From NCBI GenBank assembly GCA_943788985.1, contig CALSSJ010000030.1, positions 63,769 to 127,768 on the forward strand: a stretch of DNA of 64,000 nucleotides, read 5' to 3'. Positions 1 through 10,451 of this stretch are shown piece after piece (position 1 is the stretch's first letter; every line of letters starts with the position of its first letter). The translations under genes and the position numbers were made by a program. Source of the stretch: an uncultured Lentisphaerales bacterium. GTDB taxonomy: Bacteria; Verrucomicrobiota; Lentisphaeria; JABSQK01; UBA12247. A model generated the notes under the pieces. It saw only the letters and a program-made list of their open reading frames with translations, was not told where the DNA came from and did not search any database.

Positions 1-132
1 GGTAAGGAACGTTCAGCGCGGTCACCGTAGGTTCGAGCGATGTTTTGGCGAGGGGCCCTCTGCGGGGGAAGACGACTAGGCAGGGGTAAGGGCGGACCAC
101 TCTGCGAGAAGCTGTGGAATCTGCGGAGAGAA

Positions 133-663
133 TCACTCCCGACCAAGTGTCGTTGCGCTCTCCGGCTGATCGAATGTAAATTGGTAGAGGACGAGGTCAA
201 GGGACCGATCAGCCTTGCGGGCAACGCCGGGTAGTAGACCAACCTGGCTGAAGCCCTCGCTCTCGTGAAGGCGACAGCTCGCGTGATTGCGGGAGTCTAG
301 GGCACCGATGATGACCCGATAGCCAGCGGTGCGAGCGTGCGAGATCAGTTCGCGAAGCAGAGCGCGGCCAATGCCGTGCCGGCGGGCATCGACGCGGACG
401 TAGAGTGAATGCTCGACGGTCTGCGAAAAGCCAGCTTGGCCGCGAAATGGGCCGTAGCTGCCAAAGCCGACCAGGCCGCCAAGATCGTCAAGCACGCCGA
501 TGACTGGCAAGTTGGCTGGCTGCCGTTCCTCAAACCAGGTTGCGATGTCCGCAATCGTCAAGAGTTCGGTCTCGTACAGCGCGTCGGAGGTCGCGATCTC
601 GTGGTTGATGATGGCAAGGACGGCGTCGCCATAGGCGTCCAAGGTGCACTGGCAGAAGGTCAT
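133..663 (-). CDS. GNAT N-acetyltransferase, phosphinothricin acetyltransferase (Pat/YncA)-like
   Basis: 176 aa with AIINHEI, GFGSYGPFR, TVEHSLYV, acetyl-CoA loop RRHGIGRALL and NHASCRLHE.EGF..VG. Confidence 0.85.
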   Translation of the reverse strand: MTFCQCTLDAYGDAVLAIINHEIATSDALYETELLTIADIATWFEERQPANLPVIGVLDDLGGLVGFGSYGPFRGQAGFSQTVEHSLYVRVDARRHGIGRALLRELISHARTAGYRVIIGALDSRNHASCRLHESEGFSQVGLLPGVARKADRSLDLVLYQFTFDQPESATTLGRE

Positions 664-925
664 TCTTGGCCCCCTCGTCTGGTGATTTATCGCGCGTTCG
701 GTCAGGCTGGTACCGTAATCGGGAACCGCTGGTTCCCAAGAGATTTTTGCGCAATCTGAGCTGCCGAGCTCCCGATAGGACGATAAATGATGTGATTCGA
801 CGCATTCGGGTGTACCTCAGGTGGAACATGGCTCGATTGCGGACAGCGGATAACGGGCTTGCTTTCCCATCGTCGCTGGTCACAGTCCGGCATCAGCATT
901 TTAAGATTTTTAAGGCTTTTAAATA

Positions 926-2033
926 ATGAAGACACGTGACGAATTGCAGGCCGCGGGCAAAGATGCCCAAGCACGGTTGGAGCAGTTAAGGGGGTTCCTT
1001 TGACGTCGTGGGACGAACGACGCTGAGAGCAGAACTGGAGCAGCGGATGTCTGCGCCGGATTTCTGGGAAGATAAAGATCGGGCGCAGCAGACTGTGGCC
1101 GAACTGAGTATTTGCAAGAACCTGCTGGAGCCATTCTTCGCGCTGGAGGGGAACGTCGAGGATTTCGGAGTTCTGCTTGAGTTAATTGACGAGGAAGACG
1201 GCTCCGCGGAGATGCTTGCTGAGGGCAACGAGACTGTGGAAACGCTCTTTGGAGAGCTAGAACGGCTGGAGATTGTCAGCTTCTTGAGTGGTGAGTTTGA
1301 CTCGAGTAACGCCTACATCACGCTGAAGCCCGGGTCCGGTGGAACTGAGTCTTGCGATTGGGCAGCGATGTTGTTCCGCATGTATTCTCGTTGGGTGGAA
1401 CGGCGCGGCTTCGTCGGGGATATCATGGAACTACAGAGCGGTGAAGTGGCGGGCATTAAGAGCGCGACTCTCTACGTCAAGGGCGACTTTGCCTATGGCT
1501 ATCTTGCTGCAGAACGCGGGGTGCATCGGCTGGTCCGGCTGTCGCCATTCGACAGCAGTAATCGCCGGCACACGTCGTTTGCCGCACTGGATGTGGTGCC
1601 CGAGATTCCGGATGATGTCGAGGTGGAAATCGATGAGAAGGACCTTCGCGTGGATACCTACCGCAGTAGCGGAGCTGGTGGCCAGCACGTGAATGTAACG
1701 GATAGTGCAGTGCGGCTGACGCATCTGCCGACCGGCATTGCCTGCGCTTGCCAGAACGAGCGCTCGCAGCACCAGAACAAGGCGACGGCCCTGCGGATGC
1801 TAAGATCGAAGCTGTACGAGCTACAACTGGCAGAGCGCCAGGCGGCACAGGACGCAGAAATTGGGCCGCGCGAGGATAACGCGTTCGGCAGTCAGATCCG
1901 CTCTTACGTCCTGCATCCCTACAAGATGGTAAAAGATTTACGTACAAATGAGGAAACCAGCGACACAAACGGTGTCCTTGATGGGGATCTTGATGCGTTT
2001 ATCGAAGCCTACTTGAGGAAATCAGGGAAATGA
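926..2033 (+). CDS. prfB: Peptide chain release factor 2, expressed through a +1 programmed frameshift
   Basis: ATG at 926 gives MKTRDELQ...LEQLRGFL, ending at CTT TGA C (998-1004). The +1 frame continues into ORF 1008-2033 with the SPF stop-recognition motif (RLSPFDS) and GGQ (GAGGQHVN). Confidence 0.97.
989..1004 (+). promoter_or_regulatory. RF2 autoregulatory frameshift site (internal SD plus slippery CTT-TGA-C)
   Basis: Sequence AGGGGG TTC CTT TGA C matches the canonical AGGGGG NNN CTT TGA C. Confidence 0.95.
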
Positions 2034-5000
2034 CAGACCAAGGAATCCACGCCATTCTTCGTAGCGAGCGGCAAGCGCTTACGCGACGGTTGCTGCTGAC
2101 TGCTTTCGGGCAGGCAGTCGGGGTGGCGTTGTTCCCTTTACTACTGATCACGGTCGCCGATCGGTTCATGGTCCTGCGCGAGCCGGTGGCGTTTGGCCTA
2201 GCCTTGGCCTTGGGGGTGACGGGCGTGATCTTTGTGTTATTCCGGCTGGCCAGCGCGCTGCGCCGGATTCCTACCGAGCAGCAGGTGGTCCTGCTCCTCG
2301 AGAAGAATTGCCCCCAACTGATGGACTCCCTCGCCTGCCTGCAGGAGGAGCTCGCGAGCCCCGAGCGGCGATCCGCCTTGCACGAGGTGCTGTTGGCGCG
2401 TGTGAGCGAGATGCTGAACGCGCTGGATCTGCGCCAAGAAGTGATGCGAGATGCTACCCCCATGGGCCGGGTGCTTGCGGTCTATGTACTGACCGCGGCG
2501 ATGATCATCGGGGTCGCCGTGCAACCATTTGCCGGCAAGGCGCTGGCGCATGGCCAGTCGCTGGCGGATAAGGACGCGAGCGGGCTGCTGGTTTTGCCAG
2601 GAAATGCGGAGTCCGCAATCGGTGGCGATGTGGCCATCTCCGCAGAAATCCTGCGCGGTGCGCGTGAGGCGACTGTTGAAATTCGCAGTGCCCGCGGCGA
2701 GCATAGCTATGCCATGTACGAGGCGGAGGAAGCCAAGCTGGCCTACGATGTGTTTGCAGTCGATAGCGATTTTAGCTACCGCGTGTCGACGCCGACGCTG
2801 CGCTCTGCCTGGTACGCGATCAGTACCTACGAGCGGCCGGGAATCCGACAAGTGACGGTGCGGGTGACTCCGCCCGCCTACACCAAGCTGCCAGCACGTG
2901 AGCAGCTATCACTCGACGATCTCCAGGCCCCAGAGGGCTCGGAGATCGAAGTCAACTTCGTGTTTACGTTGCCTGTGGCGCTGGAGTTGGTGCCCGTCGA
3001 GGGGGATGCCCTCACGGTCGGCGAAACACTGGCGGCCACTGGCCGCTATGCGGCTGTGCTGGAAGAGACCATGGACTACGGAATCGTGATGACAGATGCG
3101 GCTGGCCATCGCGAACAGGCCGGACGGCGGTTGCGAATCGAGGCGGTACCTGATCTCCCGCCAGCCGTCCACGTGGTGGCCCCGGAAGATGATGCCCACG
3201 TCCATGTGGAGTCAGAAGTGACCTTTGCCTTGAGCGGGATTGATGACTACGGCATCACCGCTATGACTATTTTTTACGCAATCAATGACGATGACTTTCA
3301 ACCGCACCCGGTCTACTTCGCGAAGGATGGTGAGACGCTCGAGAAGAGTCGCACTGACAGCGCGGTGTTTGAACTCGACGGGCTCGTCGTGGAAGGCGAT
3401 GTGATCTCCTACTATGGCGTTGCGTCCGATAATGCTGAGCCCGAGAACCAGACCGGAGAGACGGATGTACGCTTTCTCGAAATACGGCCTCTGGAGGATG
3501 AAAGCATCTCGACACAGATGTCGGGCGGCAGCGGCAGCAAGAGCGAGGACTTGAACATCAGTGACCTGATCGTGGAACAAAAGCACCTGATTCGGGCTAC
3601 GTGGGGCGCGCTGCGGCGGATCGAGCGGCCAGAAACCAAGGCGGAACTGGAGCGCGTGACCCGAGACGCGGAGCAGCTGGCAACGGCCGCAGCCAAGCGC
3701 TGGGAGGAACTGAAAGAGCGCGCCGGCGAAGCCCTGGGTGGCCCAATTCCGGAGCTATTCGAGGAGGCCTTGACCAGCATGCAGAATGCATCCGTCGCCC
3801 TGGAAAGCGCGTTGCCCCGGGAGTCCATGAAGTTTCAACAGGATTCGCTGGCGAAACTGATTCAGATCGAAATTGAGCTACTGAAGAACAGCATGCAGGC
3901 CGAGGGCCAGGGCGGAGAAGGTGGGGAACCGCCCAAAGAGCCGCCGGAGAACGCACAGGCACAAGAAAGTGAGGGGGACGAGAAGAGCGCCCAGAAACAA
4001 AAAGAGCGGGTTGCAGATCTGAAGGCATTTTTGAATCGGTTGGAAATGTTGATTCACAAGCAGGAGAACATCATCTCCGAGATCAGCCGAAATCTGCGGA
4101 AACCGATCACGCCGGCGGCGCGGGATCATCTCGCGAATGAGCAGCATGCCAACGAGCAAGATTGCGAAGTGCTGCGCGCGGAGCTGCGGCAGTTTGAGGA
4201 GGCCTATCCCGTGGCTTCGGAGTTGCAAAATGCATCCGCGAATATGGGGGAAGCTAAGAGGCGCCTGCGCTCTGGCGCGACCGGAGCCTCGCACGTGCTG
4301 GCCAAACGCGGCCATCATTTTTTAGAGCGGGCCTATGAGCGCTTGAGCCAACTGATCGATGCCTACGAGGCAGACCAATTTACCAAAGCGCAACGGCAGC
4401 TCGATCGCCTGGTGAAGAAACAGGAAGAGCTCAAGCGGGATACCGAGACCGCGGCAAAGCAGAAGCAGGATCAGAAAAAGGCGGAGGCGGCCAAGAAATC
4501 CGAGCCTAAGCTTGCCCGCAATGACGAGAAGCAGCCGTCCCCAGGGCAGAGCGGCAAGCCACAGCAGCCGGGAGAGGCTGGCAAAGCATGTGCCACCGGT
4601 AAGCCAGGCCAGACCGGGGCTCCCAGCCAACAGGCTGGTGGACCGGGTGCTGGCGGTCAAAGCGGGGGCAAGGACGGGCAACCACCGCTGGATAGTGCCC
4701 CGAAGTCGGGCCAACCCAGCGCGGATGAAACGGCGCAAGCGAGCAAGACAGGCACGTCCTCCGCTGAGCTTAAGAAGCGGCAGGAAGAGCTGCGCGACGA
4801 GCTGAACAAGTTCATGTCCCAGCTGTCGTCCATGGCGGGCGATTATGAGTCCACCAATCCGGGGCTGTCGAACGGAATCTCGGAGGCGGCGTCCAATGCC
4901 AGGAAGGATAAGGTCGACGCCAGCATGAAGCGGGCAGAGAACGCCTTGCGCTATAAGAAGGAAGAGCGTGCTGCCGATTTTCAGGAGAAAGCCCTCGCCG

Positions 5001-5659
5001 GTATGGCTGGGCTGTCCAAGGGACTGGAGAAAGCGGCTGCGGCCGGTGGCGGTGCCTCGCAAGAGCAGCTTAGCGAGATGCTGGAAGAGGTGCTGGATGA
5101 CCTCACCAAGGCCCAGGATAAACAGAGCGAGGCTGGCGGTGAAGAAGGCCAAGCCGGTGGTGAAGAAGGCCAGGCCGGCGGTGAAGAAGGCCAGGCCGGC
5201 GGTGAAGAAGGCCAGGCCGGCGGTGAAGAAGGCCAGGCCGGAAAGTCCGGCGAGGATGGCAAGGGCGAGGGGGAAAAGGCCAAAGGCGAGGAAGGAACAG
5301 CCGGTCAAGGGCACGGAGCCGGTGCTGGCATGTCTTCTGGCGACCCAAACCAGGGCGCTGGCTCGCTGCGTGATCGAGTTACGAGCAGCCTTGCGACCAT
5401 GGGCAGCAAGCTAAGTGACCCGGAGATGGCGAGTATCGCCAAAGGCGTTGCACAGTTGAGAGCCGACGGCGATCCCAGGCTGGTAGCCTATTTGGCGCAG
5501 GCCGCACAGATCCTCGAAGAGCACCTGGCCGCCGGGGCGATGCAGAATCGAATAGAACTTTCCAGACTGCCCGGCAGCCGGCCGCCCGACGCATATCGCA
5601 AGCTCGTGAACCAGTACTTCAAGCAACTGAGCGAGCGCGCCTCCGCGCGTTCCCAGTAG
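2030..5659 (+). CDS. Large membrane-anchored coiled-coil protein, DUF4175-like
   Basis: 1209 aa: three N-terminal TM segments, Ig-like region (VTPPAYT, DDYGI), long Q/E/K helical repeats, G/Q-rich linkers and C-terminal PP.YR.LV.QYF..L. ATGA overlap with prfB. Confidence 0.65.
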   Translation: MTDQGIHAILRSERQALTRRLLLTAFGQAVGVALFPLLLITVADRFMVLREPVAFGLALALGVTGVIFVLFRLASALRRIPTEQQVVLLLEKNCPQLMDSLACLQEELASPERRSALHEVLLARVSEMLNALDLRQEVMRDATPMGRVLAVYVLTAAMIIGVAVQPFAGKALAHGQSLADKDASGLLVLPGNAESAIGGDVAISAEILRGAREATVEIRSARGEHSYAMYEAEEAKLAYDVFAVDSDFSYRVSTPTLRSAWYAISTYERPGIRQVTVRVTPPAYTKLPAREQLSLDDLQAPEGSEIEVNFVFTLPVALELVPVEGDALTVGETLAATGRYAAVLEETMDYGIVMTDAAGHREQAGRRLRIEAVPDLPPAVHVVAPEDDAHVHVESEVTFALSGIDDYGITAMTIFYAINDDDFQPHPVYFAKDGETLEKSRTDSAVFELDGLVVEGDVISYYGVASDNAEPENQTGETDVRFLEIRPLEDESISTQMSGGSGSKSEDLNISDLIVEQKHLIRATWGALRRIERPETKAELERVTRDAEQLATAAAKRWEELKERAGEALGGPIPELFEEALTSMQNASVALESALPRESMKFQQDSLAKLIQIEIELLKNSMQAEGQGGEGGEPPKEPPENAQAQESEGDEKSAQKQKERVADLKAFLNRLEMLIHKQENIISEISRNLRKPITPAARDHLANEQHANEQDCEVLRAELRQFEEAYPVASELQNASANMGEAKRRLRSGATGASHVLAKRGHHFLERAYERLSQLIDAYEADQFTKAQRQLDRLVKKQEELKRDTETAAKQKQDQKKAEAAKKSEPKLARNDEKQPSPGQSGKPQQPGEAGKACATGKPGQTGAPSQQAGGPGAGGQSGGKDGQPPLDSAPKSGQPSADETAQASKTGTSSAELKKRQEELRDELNKFMSQLSSMAGDYESTNPGLSNGISEAASNARKDKVDASMKRAENALRYKKEERAADFQEKALAGMAGLSKGLEKAAAAGGGASQEQLSEMLEEVLDDLTKAQDKQSEAGGEEGQAGGEEGQAGGEEGQAGGEEGQAGGEEGQAGKSGEDGKGEGEKAKGEEGTAGQGHGAGAGMSSGDPNQGAGSLRDRVTSSLATMGSKLSDPEMASIAKGVAQLRADGDPRLVAYLAQAAQILEEHLAAGAMQNRIELSRLPGSRPPDAYRKLVNQYFKQLSERASARSQ
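5135..5239 (+). repeat. In-frame 21-bp tandem repeat x5 encoding (GGEEGQA)5
   Basis: Unit GGCGGTGAAGAAGGCCAGGCC; copies 1 and 2 each carry one synonymous change, copies 3-5 are identical. Confidence 0.95.
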
Positions 5660-5675
5660 ACCTGCGGAGAAGAGT

Positions 5676-7208
5676 ATGGCACCACGCCTCGCCGGAGTTG
5701 TAGAGATTGGGTCTAGCGCCATACGCCTGGCCATTGCGGAATTCGCAACGGCGGAGGGCTCTCGCACGCTGGATCAGGCAGATATTCCGGTAGCGCTCGG
5801 CCAGGACGTCTTTGTCAACGGGAAAATTAGCCGCGAGACCATGCGCCAGTCCACGCTGGCCCTGCGGGGGTTTCGTGAAGTGCTCAATAGCTGGGGCGTT
5901 GCCGACGAAAATGTGCGCGTGATCGCCACCAGCGCCGTGCGGGAAGCAGAGAATCGTGATATGTATGTGGACCAGACCGCGTTGCGCACGGGTTTCGAGG
6001 TATCGGTGCTGGAGGGGGTCGAGGCGATCTATCTGACCTACCTGGCGGTCTCTTGGGCGCTACGGCGTGGCTGGCCGTCCTTTTCGCGCGCCAACTCGTT
6101 GGTGGTCGAGGTCGGCGGGGGTAGCACGGAGGTGATGGTGCTACGCCGCGGCAAGATGGTCGCCGTGCACACACTATCGCTGGGGACGGTGCGGCTGGAA
6201 CAGCAATTGCGCCAGATGTTCGGCACCCGCGCCTTTCTGCCTAAGTTTATCCGCGACAACCAGCACGCGGCAATGGACACCATTGGCCAGGAGTCGGACC
6301 TGAGCCGGGTTCGACGCTTCGTCGCGATTGGTAGTGATGTACGGGTAGCCGCGTATGAAGTGGGCCATCAGGCTAGCGATCACCACCACGTGATTCCGGC
6401 CGACGCGTTTCGCGACTACGTGACCAAGATGGAGTCGCTGTCCACGGAACAGCTGGTGCGTCGTCTGGAGTTGAGTTATGAGGATGCTGAAGCCCTGTTA
6501 CCGGCGTTGCTGATCTACCGCGGTTTTTTAGATCAGACCAAGGCCGAGGAGATCATCGTGCCGTATGTGAGCATCCGCGACGGCATTATTCTGGACACCT
6601 TTCGCAGCGAGAGCCGCGGTGAACGCGAACGCATGGATGCACACGTGGTGGCGGCTGCAAAAGCGCTGTGCGAGCGCTACAATGGCGATGTTGGTCACGG
6701 CACGCACGTGGCCGAGCTAAGCCTGGCGATCTTCGATACGATGCAGCGCGAGCATCGCCTTTCCCCACACGAACGCCTGCTCATGGAAGTGTCGGCAATT
6801 CTACATGAGATCGGCCAGTTCGTGAATCAGAGCGGGCATCACAAGCACGGGCAATACCTGGTGGAGAACGCCGAGATTTTTGGGTTAGACCGTGACGACC
6901 GCCAGATCGTCGGCAACGTCGTGCGTTACCATCGCAAGGCGCTGCCCAGCAAGAGCCACCCATACTATATGTCCTTGAACCGTGAACAGCGGCTGGTGGT
7001 CTCGAAGCTGGCTGCGATTCTGCGCGTAGCTGATGCGCTCGATCGCGGGCACGCGCGGCGGATGTCTGGCCTAGCGATAGAGAAGACCGATACCGAGTTG
7101 GTGCTGCACGGCGGCGTCGATGATGTCGGCATCGAGCGCTTTAGTCTGGCGTCAAAGAGCGACCTGTTCGAGCAGGTCTTCGGGCTCAGAGCGGTATTGA
7201 GAGATTAG
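5676..7208 (+). CDS. ppx: Ppx/GppA exopolyphosphatase with C-terminal HD-type domain
   Basis: EIGSSAIR, ATSAVREAEN, EVGGGSTE, LHEIG, HHKHG, LRVADALD; adjacent to ppk1. Confidence 0.92.
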   Translation: MAPRLAGVVEIGSSAIRLAIAEFATAEGSRTLDQADIPVALGQDVFVNGKISRETMRQSTLALRGFREVLNSWGVADENVRVIATSAVREAENRDMYVDQTALRTGFEVSVLEGVEAIYLTYLAVSWALRRGWPSFSRANSLVVEVGGGSTEVMVLRRGKMVAVHTLSLGTVRLEQQLRQMFGTRAFLPKFIRDNQHAAMDTIGQESDLSRVRRFVAIGSDVRVAAYEVGHQASDHHHVIPADAFRDYVTKMESLSTEQLVRRLELSYEDAEALLPALLIYRGFLDQTKAEEIIVPYVSIRDGIILDTFRSESRGERERMDAHVVAAAKALCERYNGDVGHGTHVAELSLAIFDTMQREHRLSPHERLLMEVSAILHEIGQFVNQSGHHKHGQYLVENAEIFGLDRDDRQIVGNVVRYHRKALPSKSHPYYMSLNREQRLVVSKLAAILRVADALDRGHARRMSGLAIEKTDTELVLHGGVDDVGIERFSLASKSDLFEQVFGLRAVLRD

Positions 7209-7258
7209 TGAAATGAACACGGCAAATCAACGGAACGACGCAGCTGAACGGAGGCCTC

Positions 7259-9355
7259 ATGGCATCACTGCCCTTCTTTAATCGCGAACTCAGCTGGATC
7301 GAGTTCAATGCGCGCGTGCTGAATGAAGCATGCCAAGAGCAGCTTCCAGTCCTCGAACGGCTCAAGTTTCTGGCAATCGTCAGTTCAAACTATGACGAGT
7401 TCTTCATGGTGCGCGTCTCCACAATCAAGTCGGACCTCACGGCCGGAGACGTGGCCAAGTGCCCATCTGGGATGTGTCCTTCTGAGATTCTCGACGCTGT
7501 ATCCGTACGCACACATGAGCTGGTGGCTACTCAGTATTGCGAACTTCGCAATGCCGTGCTCCCGAAGATGGCCGCGGGCGGGATGTCCTTGCCAGCACCG
7601 GCCGAGTGGTCGGAGACCATTACCCGCGAGGCCCGTAGTTTCTTTGACTCAGAGATTTTTCCCGCGCTGACGACCATTGCGGTGAGCGATGACGTGGCGT
7701 GGCCGCCATTCAGAAATATGTCTCTGCACATCGCAGTACTCATGCACGGAAACGACAGCAAAGAGCGCCTGGCGATTATTCCAGTCCCATCCGGACTCGG
7801 GAGATTTCGGACGGTCGGCGCGACGCGAACGTCCCGGAGCATCATCCTGCTCGAAGACATCATTACCCATCACGTCTCGCTGTTGTTTCCAGGCATGGAC
7901 ATTCAGGAATCGACCGTGTTTCGCTTCACACGCGATGCCGACATGGGCGTGGACGAGGACTCGGATCAGGACTTTGTCGGGGCCATGTCACAGATTCTGA
8001 CCGAGCGTCAACAGGGGCAACCCGTGCGGTTGGAAATTGCGGCCGGAGCAGCGCGCCTGCGTGACCGCCTATGCCAAGCACTGCAACTGGAAGAGCGAGA
8101 CATTTACGATATTGACGGCCCGATCAATCTGACCCCGTTTATGGACCTGACGTTCACATCGGGCTTCGGCAAGCTAAGCTACGAGAAGTGGGGTTCTCAG
8201 CCTCCCGAAGACCTAAATGAAGAGGAGACGATCTGGGAGTCCATCAGCAAACGCGACGTCCTGCTTCACCATCCATATGAATCATTCGACCCGGTGGTGG
8301 ATCTGCTACGCCAAGCTGCGGTCGACCCAGGCGTGATCGCCATCAAGATGACACTCTATCGCACCAGCGGAGATTCCGCGGTGATCGACGCCCTGATCCG
8401 GGCTGCAGAGAATGGCAAGCAGGTGGTGGTGCTCGTCGAGCTGAAGGCGCGCTTCGATGAAGAGCGAAACATCCTGCGGGCTGATCAGCTTGAGCGGGCC
8501 GGGGCGATCGTGATTCACGGCATTGCCCAGCTAAAAGTACACTCTAAGATCACCATGATTGTGCGCCGCGAGCCCGAAGGCATCCGCCAGTATCTGCATC
8601 TGGGCACGGGGAACTACAACGAAAAGACTGCCAAGCTGTATGTGGACATGGGCCTGCTCACGGTGAATCGTGAACTGGGATTTGATGCGGCCCGCTTCTT
8701 TAATGCAGTCCTCGGCTACGCAGAAATCCCGAATCTGCAGCACCTCGTGATGGCCCCAACCGGCTTGAAACGGCGGCTGCTGGTTCTAATCCGACGTGAA
8801 GCCGAGCGCAGCAGCGAGCATGCGCCGGGGCTGATCATCGCCAAGATCAACTCACTTGCCGATCCGGACGTGATCCGGGCGCTTTACGACGCATCGCAGA
8901 AGGGCGTGGTGATCAAGCTGAACGTACGCGGCATCTGTGCGTTGCTGCCCGGTATTCCAGGCGTCAGCGCCGGCATTGAGGTGGTCAGCATCATCGACCG
9001 CTATCTTGAACACACGCGCATTTTCTACTTCCAGAACGGTGGCGATGACGAGGTGTACCTGTCCAGCGCAGACTGGATGCCGCGAAACCTCGAGAAGCGC
9101 GTGGAGCTTATGTTCCCGTTGCTCGAGCACGCCCTCAAAGAGCGCGTTCTGGAGATGCTGAGGCTGTACTTCCGGGACAACCAGAAGGCGCACCGTTTGT
9201 TGCCAACTGGACGCAGTGAGCGAATTGAGACTTCTGATCCGCCCGTAGAGGCGCAGCGGACGTTACATGATCGCTCGCTCGAGATCACCGAGCGCCGCGA
9301 TCAAGAGCGACGTCGCAGGCTCCAGGTTCGACGCCGTCCTCCGGGCACGAAGTAA
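7259..9355 (+). CDS. ppk1: Polyphosphate kinase 1
   Basis: FFNRELSWIEFNARVL, LLHHPYESF, ELKARFDEE, KVHSK, GTGNYN, DRYLEH, SSADWMPRN. Confidence 0.97.
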   Translation: MASLPFFNRELSWIEFNARVLNEACQEQLPVLERLKFLAIVSSNYDEFFMVRVSTIKSDLTAGDVAKCPSGMCPSEILDAVSVRTHELVATQYCELRNAVLPKMAAGGMSLPAPAEWSETITREARSFFDSEIFPALTTIAVSDDVAWPPFRNMSLHIAVLMHGNDSKERLAIIPVPSGLGRFRTVGATRTSRSIILLEDIITHHVSLLFPGMDIQESTVFRFTRDADMGVDEDSDQDFVGAMSQILTERQQGQPVRLEIAAGAARLRDRLCQALQLEERDIYDIDGPINLTPFMDLTFTSGFGKLSYEKWGSQPPEDLNEEETIWESISKRDVLLHHPYESFDPVVDLLRQAAVDPGVIAIKMTLYRTSGDSAVIDALIRAAENGKQVVVLVELKARFDEERNILRADQLERAGAIVIHGIAQLKVHSKITMIVRREPEGIRQYLHLGTGNYNEKTAKLYVDMGLLTVNRELGFDAARFFNAVLGYAEIPNLQHLVMAPTGLKRRLLVLIRREAERSSEHAPGLIIAKINSLADPDVIRALYDASQKGVVIKLNVRGICALLPGIPGVSAGIEVVSIIDRYLEHTRIFYFQNGGDDEVYLSSADWMPRNLEKRVELMFPLLEHALKERVLEMLRLYFRDNQKAHRLLPTGRSERIETSDPPVEAQRTLHDRSLEITERRDQERRRRLQVRRRPPGTK

Positions 9356-9359
9356 CCGC

Positions 9360-10451
9360 GTGAGCACGCCACTCTGGCTGCGGTTCGCGCGCCTGGATCA
9401 TGCGCTTCGCCCGCTCTGGGCCCAAACCTTGCCAGCGAACTGGACCGCTGCGCTCTATTCCGCCTCGCGAAGCCGCTTCCTGTCGATGTTGAGCGATGCA
9501 AACTTGGGGACGGTTGCCAAGGCCCAGCACCCAGTCACCGTGATGGGCATTCCGTTCCGTAATGACTTGGGCAACGCTGCTGGCGTCGATAAGGATGGCT
9601 CCCTGCTCAATTTTCACCACGCCTTAGGCGCGGGCTTTGCCGTCGTCGGAACCGTGCTGGACGCTCCTCACACGGGAAACCTCTGGTCTCCGCTGGGGAT
9701 GCGCTGCAATCCTTGGACGCCCCTGCCCCAGTCCGGCGGCGCTCTTAACTCACTCGGTCTGCCGAGCAAGGGCATCGATGTCGCCCTCGACACGATCAAG
9801 CGCTTTCAGGACGAGGTTCAACCCGAGCAGTTTCCGATCGGGCTAAGCATCATGGGCCATCCCGCGAAGGAGGGCGAGGCCAAATTGCGCGGCATAGTCG
9901 AATGCGTCCGCAAGGCCACCGGCGTGGTCGACTTCATCGAGATTAACGAAAGCTGTCCCAATGTCCAGCATGAGCAGGGGGATGTAATCGGCCGGTTGCG
10001 CTTGCTCGTCGAAGCACGCGACGAAGCGGGCAGCACCCCACTGCTCGTGAAGCTGGCCGAGATTCACCAGCCTGAGACCTTGATTCCCGGATTGCTCGAA
10101 GCAGGTGTCCGAGGGTTGGTCGCGACAAACACCCAGAACGCCTACGAGGCCTATGCTGCGAAGATCGCGAAAGGCGATGCCCGGCTATTTCGCTATTACA
10201 CGAACACGCATGCTGGCGGGCTCAGCGGCCGGCCCATTGCGGGGTTCGCAGCCCAGCAGATCGAGCAAGCTAAACAGCACATCCCAAAAGGCGCAGACTT
10301 CTCACTGGTCCATGTCGGCGGCATTGAAAGCCCTGAGGATGTGGACCGGAGTCGTAAGATTGCTGAATTGCGCGAGTGGTACACCGGCTTCTTCGAGCGC
10401 CTAATCCTGTGTGGCCCCGCCACCCTTTACCGGGACATGACCCAGCGGTAG
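9360..10451 (+). CDS. pyrD: Dihydroorotate dehydrogenase (class 2-like)
   Basis: AAGVDKDG, NSLGLPSKG, NESCPN, LLVKL, ATNT, GGLSG.PI, VGGI. The GTG at 9360, just after the ppk1 stop, is preferred over 9267. Confidence 0.8.
   Translation: MSTPLWLRFARLDHALRPLWAQTLPANWTAALYSASRSRFLSMLSDANLGTVAKAQHPVTVMGIPFRNDLGNAAGVDKDGSLLNFHHALGAGFAVVGTVLDAPHTGNLWSPLGMRCNPWTPLPQSGGALNSLGLPSKGIDVALDTIKRFQDEVQPEQFPIGLSIMGHPAKEGEAKLRGIVECVRKATGVVDFIEINESCPNVQHEQGDVIGRLRLLVEARDEAGSTPLLVKLAEIHQPETLIPGLLEAGVRGLVATNTQNAYEAYAAKIAKGDARLFRYYTNTHAGGLSGRPIAGFAAQQIEQAKQHIPKGADFSLVHVGGIESPEDVDRSRKIAELREWYTGFFERLILCGPATLYRDMTQR

Noticed and set aside
4322..5414. Alternative-frame repeat proteins (AGLAFFT)n, (PAVKKAR)n and (PAWPSSP)n
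   Set aside because: These are other readings of the same 21-bp VNTR. The histone-like KKARPAV frame has no evident RBS or independent support.
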